DNA of 64,000 bases, taken from NCBI GenBank assembly GCA_010093745.1, contig MU005966.1, forward strand, positions 255,628 through 319,627, written 5' to 3'. The position numbers were made by a program, and so were the translations under genes. Source of the DNA: Piedraia hortae CBS 480.64 (lineage: Eukaryota). Of this stretch, positions 45,595-54,413 are shown in pieces (position 1 is the first letter of the stretch; each line of letters opens with the position of its first letter). The notes under the pieces were generated by a model. The model made no database searches, was not told the DNA's origin, and saw only the letters and a list, made by a program, of their open reading frames with translations.

Positions 45595-47172
45595 TTAAAC
45601 CGCACTTCCCCTCCTCCCATGCAAACTATTCCTCCTCGACCTATTCTCCTCTTCATCAAACGTACTCTCCGACATGAACGGGCTCCTCGCCCTCAACATC
45701 GGTCCCCAAATCAACAACACCACAGGCGCCAGGCTCAACATCAGCGCCACAAACCCCAGCAGGGACGAAGCCCAATGAAACCCCAAATTCGTATACAACG
45801 CAGGCGACGCCAGAGGCAGAAACGCCGCAAAGGTATTCCTGCCCAGACTCGCGGCAGAGAGGGCGGACGCTGTATACTTCTCATATGCATCAGAGAGGTA
45901 ATTCACGACCGCCATGTAGATCTCATAGATCCCGAACCCAACAAACGCGATCCCAATAGCGGGTACGACCCAATGTACAGATTTGTACGCCGACCAGCCG
46001 TACCAGAAGAGTCCGATCGTGAAGATCAAACTCCCCGGAACGGAGAAATACAGCCTCGCTTCGGGGACGGGACGGCCAGGTCGTTCCCTATTCCGTGCCG
46101 AGGAGCGGAGGTACAACCTATCCTGAATAGGATTGAGCATAGTCGCGAGGATCGCACCAATGGATAAAGCAAGCTGGATAAGCATAGTTTTGAACATCCC
46201 CCAGCCATAGAGGGATTTATAGACTTGTGGAATGGAGGATTGGAAGAGGAAGAGAACCCCCCAAGCGAAACTGACCCAGATGGTGAAACTGATTACCACG
46301 AATTCGGTCAAAAGCATGCGTGTAGGCCGCTTGAAGCTGATTTTGATGTTATCCCATACGCTGGTTTTGTCGAGTTCGGATTTCGCGTATGCGTTTGTGT
46401 GGCCTTGCTTGCGGAGTTTCTGGGCCTTGCGGGCGAGGATAACGTCGCCGCGGGTTTCGCGGAGGATGAGGATGAATAAGGGTAAAAAGCCGGCGTCGAT
46501 GATGATTTGGATCCAGTACATCCAGCGCCAGTTTTTGCCAGAGTTGATCGCTCCGCCCACGAGGGGGCCGAGGGCGATTCCGATGACGGAGGTCATGCCA
46601 AAGATGGACATGGGCAAACTGCGTGCGCGGTCGCCTTTCCAGATATCGGTTATGCTGCCGCCTACGAGGTTGATGGAAACGGAGCTGGCGCCGCCGCCGA
46701 AGAAACGTGTGATGACGAGGGTAGCATAGTTTGGTGCGAGGGCGGAGGGGAGGAGCCAGACCAAGAACATGAGGTAGGAGGCATAGTAGCCTGGTAGACG
46801 GCCCATGTTCTCGGACAAGGGGACGAAGACGAGGGGAAATAATGCTGCTCCGACGTTCCAGCTTGCTGTTGCAAAGGTGAGATATGGGAAGCCGTTGTTC
46901 GAGACGTGGAATTCACGCGCCATGTCGTCATTGGCGGCGCCGTAGGCCCCCGCTGGGAGACCGGTGAGGATGGAGATCCAACATGTGGTGATGGTGACCA
47001 GCCATTTGTACTTGTTGCTCCAGTTGAACGGGTTCTTGGGATCGTCGGGGCCGTCCCAGTCGACGATTTGGACGTTTTTTAGCCCTCGTCTGTTTGTCGG
47101 GCCGCTTTCATCTGCATTGGACGGTTCGTTCTCAACCTCGTTAGCCCTGTTAAGATCCTGCTCTTTGACCAT
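45595..47172 (-). CDS. MFS multidrug/polyamine transporter (DHA1 family)
   Basis: VDWDGPDDPKNPFNWS, PLSENMGRLP, GGSITDIW, WRWMYW, ETRG, PEARL and NYLSDAYEKYTASA. Confidence 0.93.
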   Translation of the reverse strand: MVKEQDLNRANEVENEPSNADESGPTNRRGLKNVQIVDWDGPDDPKNPFNWSNKYKWLVTITTCWISILTGLPAGAYGAANDDMAREFHVSNNGFPYLTFATASWNVGAALFPLVFVPLSENMGRLPGYYASYLMFLVWLLPSALAPNYATLVITRFFGGGASSVSINLVGGSITDIWKGDRARSLPMSIFGMTSVIGIALGPLVGGAINSGKNWRWMYWIQIIIDAGFLPLFILILRETRGDVILARKAQKLRKQGHTNAYAKSELDKTSVWDNIKISFKRPTRMLLTEFVVISFTIWVSFAWGVLFLFQSSIPQVYKSLYGWGMFKTMLIQLALSIGAILATMLNPIQDRLYLRSSARNRERPGRPVPEARLYFSVPGSLIFTIGLFWYGWSAYKSVHWVVPAIGIAFVGFGIYEIYMAVVNYLSDAYEKYTASALSAASLGRNTFAAFLPLASPALYTNLGFHWASSLLGFVALMLSLAPVVLLIWGPMLRARSPFMSESTFDEEENRSRRNSLHGRRGSAV

Positions 47173-47487
47173 GTTGTCGCACAGAAAATTGGAGGCTGGA
47201 CGGCCGCATTTTCCGCCGTCATGACGTCAAAGTCGCTGCCATGGTTGCTACTGCCCGGTTTCCCAACGGTTAGCGGCAACCGTTTTCGTCGGTGGGCAAC
47301 GGGCTTCTCATCAGTTGGACAACGGCTGACCGATAGTCCTCTAAATTCTCCGCCTATCAAAAAAGGTCCATATTTAACATGAAAATTTGACAGTGAAACG
47401 ACTCGTCGATGTGGGTCCACTTGCACGGATCCAGAAGTAACGCAACAACGTGACACCGACACAAACCCAACTTCGGTCTCCAACACA

Positions 47488-48516
47488 ATGGCAACAAGCA
47501 AGACGTCCGGCTGGGACGGCAAGCTACGCGTAACGCTCTCCAACCCAGAAGCATTGGAAGGCGAAGCCTCCGACTCCTCCAACGATGGGCCTCCCGTTGA
47601 ACGAATCGCCGCAGACGAAGACCTCCTAGAAGACGAAGACCCGGAAACGGAAGAAATCGAACTCCAACACGCGCGCATAACCTCCATGCCCGCTTTAAAG
47701 CTCGACCGCTTCCCCCACCTCCGCCGTCTCGGTCTCCGTCAGAACCAAATCCAAAAAATCCTCCTTCCCGATCCCATCGCCTCAACTCTCGAAGAACTCG
47801 AACTCTACGATAACCTAATCAAACACGTTTCCGGTCTAGAAAACTGCCTCAACCTCGAAGTTCTAGACCTAAGCTACAACAAACTCAAACACGTCAAAAA
47901 CATTTCGCACTTGACGAAACTCCACCACCTCTACCTCGTCCAGAACCGCCTCACCAAAATCGAAGGGATCGACACCCTAACGGAGTTAACCTACCTCGAA
48001 CTCGGCGCAAACCGAATCAAAGACCTGCAAGGTCTCTCAACCCTAACCAGACTACAGCACCTCTGGCTCGGCCAAAACCGCATCTCCTCGCTCGAGGGGT
48101 TATCGACCCTATCAAACCTCAAAACGCTAAGCATCCAAGCCAACCGGCTAACCAGCCTCGACGGGATCGAATCTTTACCCCAGCTCACGGAGCTGTATAT
48201 TTCAGATAACAAAATCCCCTCCCTCGAACCTTTATCAAACCTGACGGGCCTCGAAATGCTGGATTTTCAGTCGAATCCTGTTGCGAATCTGAGGGGGTTG
48301 GAGGGGATGGTTGAGCTGGAAAACGTGTGGGCTAGTTTCTGCAGGATAGAGGATTTCGGTGAAGTTGAGCGCGCGTTGAGGGATAAGAAGAAGTTGCAGG
48401 AGGTTTATTTCGAAGGGAATCCACTGCAGGTGAAGGGGCCGGTGGTGTATAGAAACAAAGTCCGTCTGGCGTTGCCGCAGGTGGGGAAGATCGATGCTAG
48501 TTATGTTAAGACTTGA
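47488..48516 (+). CDS. SDS22: Protein phosphatase 1 regulatory subunit Sds22 (LRR)
   Basis: GWDGKLRV N-terminus, ADEDLL, tandem 22-aa LRRs (LELYDN, LDLSYN, LELGANRI) and the LRR cap YRNKVRLALPQ. Confidence 0.95.
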   Translation: MATSKTSGWDGKLRVTLSNPEALEGEASDSSNDGPPVERIAADEDLLEDEDPETEEIELQHARITSMPALKLDRFPHLRRLGLRQNQIQKILLPDPIASTLEELELYDNLIKHVSGLENCLNLEVLDLSYNKLKHVKNISHLTKLHHLYLVQNRLTKIEGIDTLTELTYLELGANRIKDLQGLSTLTRLQHLWLGQNRISSLEGLSTLSNLKTLSIQANRLTSLDGIESLPQLTELYISDNKIPSLEPLSNLTGLEMLDFQSNPVANLRGLEGMVELENVWASFCRIEDFGEVERALRDKKKLQEVYFEGNPLQVKGPVVYRNKVRLALPQVGKIDASYVKT

Positions 48517-48574
48517 TGGGGTAGACGCGATGGGGTAGATGTCTCGATGGGATGGAATTAATGCTACTACGAAT

Positions 48575-50251
48575 CTAATCCTCGTCCCAGTTTGGGTTTG
48601 GACCGGGGGGTTTAGGCCCTCCGGCTTGGCGGGCTACGATGATTTGGTCGACGGATAGGACTGTTCGTGCGGTTTCGGTTGCTAGACGAATGGCCCATGA
48701 TTTGGGGAGCATTAGGTCTAGGATTCCTTGGTCTTCGGCATCGAGAGTCCCGCTGCCGTCGTCGTTTTCGACGTCGACGCCGATACAGGGGAGTTCGTCG
48801 TCGCTGCTGCTTTCGTCGTCGGATCTGGTGGTGCCTTGGTGGGCTGTGTAGAGCTTTGCCAAGACTTCGGTGGCGTCCAGGCCGGCCGATTCGGCTAGAG
48901 TGCGGGGAACGACTTCAAAAGCCTCTGCGTATTTGCGGATGGAATACTGCGCGAGTCCGGCGGTTTTGTCGGCTAGGGCGGTGACGCGTTCGATGAGTTG
49001 CATCTCCGCTGCGCCTGCGCCGGCTACGAGGCGTGGGTCCCGCGTGATTGCCTTGACGACGCTGACGCCATCGTCGATTGCTCGTTCAACGTCGTCTAGT
49101 TGGTTCTGGGTCGCGCCGCGGAGGACGATGGTGGCCGTGCGTGTCTGGTCGTCTTCTTGGCGGAAAACAGTAACCCGATCGCCGCCGATTTCCAACGTCT
49201 CGACCACGTCGATGCTACCCATTTCGTCCGGCATCGGTGCGCCTAGCCGTGCTAGTGGAGCCGCGCCGACCACGCGACACAGACGACGAAGCTCGAACTT
49301 GCTGAGCACCTTGATGACTAGGATTCCAAAGCGATTCAGATAGTGCAGAGCTAGTTCGCCAATTGTAGACCCTGCGACGACAACACGCAGACCAGAGTCG
49401 TGCAGTTCTTTGATAGTCTGCTCCATCTGCTTCTCCTCGCCTTTGGTAAAGTCCAGCAGCTCGCGGCTGTTGTGTATGAGCACGGTTCCCTTGGTTTCCG
49501 TCTGGGAAATGTCAATCGGACAGCTGAAGACGCCGACCTTGGCCTTGGCCGCCTTCTTGACCACGCCATCGGGTTCTCGGCCAAAGACCATGCCCTTGAC
49601 CACTCTGCTCTGCTCCAACGCGCCGCCCATGATCTTGACCACGCGCACGTTGTCGACGTTGAAGTTGTGCGCATTCTTGGGCATTACAGCCAGCACTGCG
49701 TCGGCAACATGACCAGCCAAGAGCTCCTCGGAGCCGCTCTGCTTGGAACCGATTACAGTGCGCAGTGCCTTGGCCAGTTCTTGGCGGTCCCGCACCTTTT
49801 CCACCCGTTCGACTTCCAGCTCTTCCAGCGCCTCCAGTGCCGCCCGCTGTGCCCGTTCGTAGCCGCTCGCAATGTCACTCGTTTTCAGTCCCATGCGGAG
49901 CAGCTCTTCGGCCTTCTTCAGCAATTCTCCGGCGAAGACAATGACGAGGTTTGTGGCATCGCCCATTTCCGCCTCCTGCTGCTGCGCCGCCATGACGAGC
50001 AACTTGGCCGCCGGGTGCATGACGTCGAGCTCTCGTAGAATCGTCGCAGAGTCGTTGGTCAGCAGCATCTTCTGCAGATGGTTGATCACGATCTTGTTGC
50101 GTCCATACGGGCCGAGCGACGTCTGCACCGTCTGGGCGATGGTCCGACAGGCGTCGATGTTGCGAATAACCGCCCCGTCCTCGGCATCGTATTGGGAATA
50201 TCCGGGCTTGAACAGCCCGCTATTCGGAGCGTTGGGAATAGCCAGAGACAT
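48575..50251 (-). CDS. CCT8: Chaperonin CCT/TRiC subunit theta
   Basis: MSLAIPNAPNSGLFK, TSLGPYGRNKIVINHL, EMGDATN, FNVDNVRVVKIMGG, SKFELRRLC and VDQIIVARQAGGPK. Confidence 0.97.
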   Translation of the reverse strand: MSLAIPNAPNSGLFKPGYSQYDAEDGAVIRNIDACRTIAQTVQTSLGPYGRNKIVINHLQKMLLTNDSATILRELDVMHPAAKLLVMAAQQQEAEMGDATNLVIVFAGELLKKAEELLRMGLKTSDIASGYERAQRAALEALEELEVERVEKVRDRQELAKALRTVIGSKQSGSEELLAGHVADAVLAVMPKNAHNFNVDNVRVVKIMGGALEQSRVVKGMVFGREPDGVVKKAAKAKVGVFSCPIDISQTETKGTVLIHNSRELLDFTKGEEKQMEQTIKELHDSGLRVVVAGSTIGELALHYLNRFGILVIKVLSKFELRRLCRVVGAAPLARLGAPMPDEMGSIDVVETLEIGGDRVTVFRQEDDQTRTATIVLRGATQNQLDDVERAIDDGVSVVKAITRDPRLVAGAGAAEMQLIERVTALADKTAGLAQYSIRKYAEAFEVVPRTLAESAGLDATEVLAKLYTAHQGTTRSDDESSSDDELPCIGVDVENDDGSGTLDAEDQGILDLMLPKSWAIRLATETARTVLSVDQIIVARQAGGPKPPGPNPNWDED

Positions 50252-50381
50252 GATCCCACCCAGTTGAGGTTTTTCCGTCGTGTGTGTGTGTGACGTCTGT
50301 TCACGCTAGCGACACGCTACTCCCAATTCGGCTAGCCCCTCCAGCGTTCCGGCTGAAGACGAAGACCGAAACAGTCGATGC

Positions 50382-52142
50382 ATGATCCGCCTCCTCCGCC
50401 TCCGCCTTGCCGCTCATCATGGCCAGAGTAATCCAGCACCCACCACCATCTTCCAACGATCCAAACGAACGCTCGCCCCAAAATCACCCACCCGCGCCAG
50501 CCTCCCACCTAAACCCACCCCCTACGACCAAACAATCCTGACCCACGGCCTCCAAGCCCTCCACCGCAGCGGCGATCTCCGAATCCCCAACAGCGAAGCA
50601 TTCGGCTTCATAACCTCTTTCCAAAACCTCCTGAGTGGAAGCCTCACCCTCCCCCCGAAAACCTTCCACAACCTCGTCCGCGCATACCGGAACGAAACGG
50701 GCCATGACTTCTCCGAAGGGGATCTCCTATCCCTCTGCAAACTCCTCCTAGGATCCGGCGAGGGGTACCGCCTCATAGGGCGCCAGTTACTGTACACCCT
50801 CTCCAATGCAGGGTACGTCGAAGCAACAATGCACATCCTCCACAACGCGCTCGTCGCGACCCGCACGCAGCCAAACGTCCTCCACACCCCCGACCTCCTC
50901 CGCGCGAGGCAACACCTCCGCAGCGTCGCAGGCACTGCCACCCACCCGCGCGCAATGGTCCTAGACGGGAAGATCGCGCACCGCCTAGGCGATCACTCAG
51001 CCGCGATCAAGCGGTGGACGGATGCAGCGAAGCTAATCGTTCACAATCCCGCCCTCCGACCTCGTGACAACGCGGAGCTGTCCTCCCCGTGGATAGAACT
51101 CACCCTCCTCCATTACGAGCGATACCTCGCCTCGAGGAGGGAGGCAGACGCCGCGCTCGCGCGCGAAGCATGCCAACTCGGCTGTCGCGCAGACGATCCG
51201 ACGAGTTATTTCCACATGGCGTATCTTTTTCCAGAGTACAACTCCGATGGGACGCAGAGAATCACGGCGAGCTGGGTGTACAACTTGACGAAGGCGGCGG
51301 CGAGTGGACACGTCAAAGCCGCTTACCTCCTGGGGAAATGGTATGCGGAAAGCGGGTGGCCGTACGTAGAGGATGAGCCGCCGCCGGGGGCGAAGCCTAG
51401 CCCGTTCGATACGTACCCCGCGACTGATACGGGAAGGGGAGAGGGGGATGGGAGCCACCAAGACATGAACAGCAAAGGCGGAAGAGCGGGTAAGGAGGAG
51501 TACACCATCTTCCGAAGCGCCATCTTCCCTTCCACGCCACAGGGACGGTGGACCGTAGGCATGAAATGGCTAGACGTTCCAGTAAGATATACCTACGCGC
51601 CTGCCCACCTCCTCGCGGCGAAGATGTTGCTCGCGAAGACGCTTTGGGGGGAGGCGTACGCCCCGGAGGAGGCAATCAGGCTAGCGCCTGGGAGGTATCG
51701 CTTTGCGTCTGAGGGGGATTCTTTGGAGGGGAGGGCACGGGAGCGGACGCAGCCGAGGGAAGATGTCCCCAACCCTGGGTATGATGAGGACAAGGCAAAA
51801 AAGCATCTGACTCAACTCGCGTTCGCGATAAAGGCGCATAAGCTGCGTTCGCAGTTGGTGAGGTTTCATGAGAAGAGGGGTTTGGTCCCCGAGGAGTGTG
51901 TTTCCGAAGTGTTGGTACTGGGAGATGGGAAGCTGGGACCCGTGGGGGAGGAGGTTGGGTTATCTGCCATTCCGCCTTGGATTAGGAAGTGGTGGCGGTT
52001 TGAGGATGTGAGGGAGATGTGGGAGGGTGAGGTGGGGGAACTGGAGAGGGAGGCGATTGCGTTGCTCGAGGAGTATGGCTGGGAGGTGAGGGATGGGGAT
52101 GGGGGGTTGGTGTTTAGGCCGGGGATCAGTAGGATTTTTTGA
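50382..52142 (+). CDS. Probable mitochondrial Sel1/TPR-like helical-repeat protein
   Basis: 586-aa ORF with an Arg-rich presequence and Sel1-like motifs (LSNAGYVEA, HPRAMVLDG, KAAASGHVKAAYLLGKWY). Confidence 0.7.
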   Translation: MIRLLRLRLAAHHGQSNPAPTTIFQRSKRTLAPKSPTRASLPPKPTPYDQTILTHGLQALHRSGDLRIPNSEAFGFITSFQNLLSGSLTLPPKTFHNLVRAYRNETGHDFSEGDLLSLCKLLLGSGEGYRLIGRQLLYTLSNAGYVEATMHILHNALVATRTQPNVLHTPDLLRARQHLRSVAGTATHPRAMVLDGKIAHRLGDHSAAIKRWTDAAKLIVHNPALRPRDNAELSSPWIELTLLHYERYLASRREADAALAREACQLGCRADDPTSYFHMAYLFPEYNSDGTQRITASWVYNLTKAAASGHVKAAYLLGKWYAESGWPYVEDEPPPGAKPSPFDTYPATDTGRGEGDGSHQDMNSKGGRAGKEEYTIFRSAIFPSTPQGRWTVGMKWLDVPVRYTYAPAHLLAAKMLLAKTLWGEAYAPEEAIRLAPGRYRFASEGDSLEGRARERTQPREDVPNPGYDEDKAKKHLTQLAFAIKAHKLRSQLVRFHEKRGLVPEECVSEVLVLGDGKLGPVGEEVGLSAIPPWIRKWWRFEDVREMWEGEVGELEREAIALLEEYGWEVRDGDGGLVFRPGISRIF

Positions 52143-52327
52143 TGCTAGGGGGTTATGTAGGGTGGGATTCTGTAGGGATTTGCGGCTGGTGGACGCAACT
52201 CTGGCTCTCTTCCTCGATCCTGTTTCACCTGGGCAATGCTCCATTTTTGACTTGCCGCACTGGAGGTGATGATGGAACGATGAAACGATATCATGGAATA
52301 AACATTATGCTGTTCGTAACTCCCCGG

Positions 52328-52852
52328 CTAACGATGATTAACCGCCGTAAACCCCCCACCCTGAGGTCTCGCCTCCTCCTCCACCACCTGTCCATACACG
52401 GCCTGCTGCGGAGGCATCACGATCGGCTGCTGCGCATAGACGCCCTGCGGCGCAGCGTAAGCCGGCTGCTGCTGCGCCCCAAGCGAGTGTACGATCCCCG
52501 CCATTTGCTGCTGGGCGGAGTTCTGGGCCCTTGAAGGACTACCAACGTGGGGGGGAGCAGCAAGGGGTGCCATTTTCAATAGGTTCCCATACTGCACTTG
52601 CTGCTGTTGCTTCTGCGGCAGGTCTGCTGCAGTTTTGCCCAGCTGCTCGATGATAAAGGCGCGTTCGAGACGCATTTTGAGAATCCCCCGTTCTAGTCGT
52701 GCGATGCGTACGGCGGCTTCGTTGTTCGCGTCTTCGACTTCGTTTAGTCGGCGTTTGAGGTGGATGCATTTCCGGTAGTAGGCTTTTTCGACGCTCGGTG
52801 CGAGTGGTGTGTTGGCCGTTTGAGAGTCTGCTGCAATCAGTTTGGGTGTCAT
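52328..52852 (-). CDS. IEC3: INO80 complex subunit Iec3-like protein
   Basis: PSVEKAYYRKCIHLKRRLNEVE...KMRLERAFIIEQL and C-terminal GGFTAVN. Confidence 0.75.
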   Translation of the reverse strand: MTPKLIAADSQTANTPLAPSVEKAYYRKCIHLKRRLNEVEDANNEAAVRIARLERGILKMRLERAFIIEQLGKTAADLPQKQQQQVQYGNLLKMAPLAAPPHVGSPSRAQNSAQQQMAGIVHSLGAQQQPAYAAPQGVYAQQPIVMPPQQAVYGQVVEEEARPQGGGFTAVNHR

Positions 52853-52961
52853 GGCTGACGCAAGTGGATCGATTTACCTGCCATTTTGATCAATGCGCTC
52901 AGTCTGCAAACGCCTGATGCAAGCGTGTTGGTGTCGTGAAGTGGTCTGCACGAAACAAGCA

Positions 52962-53662
52962 CGCGGTGGACAAAATTAGCGTCCTTCCTTTAACGCTCTC
53001 GCGCGACAACATTCAGCAATTAACATGCAATAACTCCACCAGTATAGCAGTCCCACGCTGGGAAAAAAAAAACACCTCAGTAGATGGAGCAGCAGCCGCA
53101 GATCCTCGTTCCGTTCGATCAATGGTCAATTAAACGAGGCTTTGGTGAGAATCCTTGAACATGCTCAGAGCATGCAAATTTCCGTGCTGCATGAAGATCA
53201 AAACTCTTTCATGTGGAGTCTCTGCGGATAGAGACGGTAATGTTCAGCAAAGAAAATGCAGTCATGGCTTGAAAATCAATTCAATTGCTCTGAGTTCCCA
53301 GACCTCTCTCCCTAATCGAGGATGCCTGGGAAATTTTGCAACCACCAATGAGGAATCAACTACATGGGATCGAATCTCTGGGCGAAGAAGTTGTGACCGG
53401 TGGGGTCTTTTGCAGAATTCAATTAACAAATGCCGCTCTGCAATGCCAACGCGTTTCTCGGCCATTATTGATGCTGACAGGAGCATCACGAAGTATTAAC
53501 ATTCCGAACCATGACCAAGATGTTTTATCTCTGTAGAATCACACATACGCAGAATTTGAGCATCGTAGACCAAGTTTTGGTGGCATGAGACGTGAAAATG
53601 TGTTGTTTTGCCGCGTGATCTTGCGAAGCGCGAAAGAGGGAACGCTAATTTTGTCCACCGTG
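52962..53662 (-). mobile_element. Non-autonomous Tc1/mariner-like element (about 700 bp) bounded by terminal inverted repeats
   Basis: Left end CGCGGTGGACAAAATTAGCGTCC versus right end (reverse complement) CACGGTGGACAAAATTAGCGTTCC, with a 19-bp perfect core. TA lies outside the right end and CA outside the left. Interior is a decayed minus-strand frame. Confidence 0.7.
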
Positions 53663-54328
53663 TAACAAGCTGCTGCATAATGTTTGCCCGGCCTTGTCAA
53701 GATTGTCTCTGATAATCTCGTCTAGTTGGACCTTTTAAAATCAAATTTACGCAGTGCCGTTACCCTGCGTCAACGTTGTCCATGTCTTGGACATTTGTGC
53801 AATATCATCAAATGGTAGCTACATCATTAAGGTGAAACGAGCTCATCCTGATGGGGTGGGGGGGGGCTAGAATGCACCTCGCTTTATGCATGCAGGACTG
53901 ATTTCAGAGTAAATCCGTTCGCCCGGGTGATTTGAATAAACTCTACTGTAGTTTCCATATACTGCAATCTGTGCCTGCCCGTCTGTCACAGTGAGTGATA
54001 CATCGGATGAGTCATATAGTCCATGTGTCGCATTTTTGCACTACATACGCTATTTATGCAGTCAGTCTTGGTACCTCTGTTCAGCAGGTTATAATTGAAA
54101 CTGGGTACAAGCTCCAAGAGACCAGAAATTTTGTGGCAACCAATCGGAGATTTTCCATGCATGCCCGACAGTTGATTAGTTGCAAGCAGCAGAATCATGT
54201 CGGCAGGTATACATGTCTTCTAAAGCCGTATATTGGCTCTCCGTTCGTAGTCACTATTCGAGACAAGGACGAATGACGTGCGTAGCCACGCAAGGCTTAG
54301 CTGCTCACGACCTTGCTTTTCGGAGCAT

Positions 54329-54361
<33 letters not shown>
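54329..54361. repeat. Poly(G) tract, 33 nt
   Basis: Read directly. Lies just past the FHIP stop codon. Confidence 0.9.
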
Positions 54362-54362
<1 letters not shown>

Positions 54363-54413
54363 AGGCTGTGTGCAGCATAAGCGGAATGAATTACAACGCC
54401 TCTAAAAGTCTGA

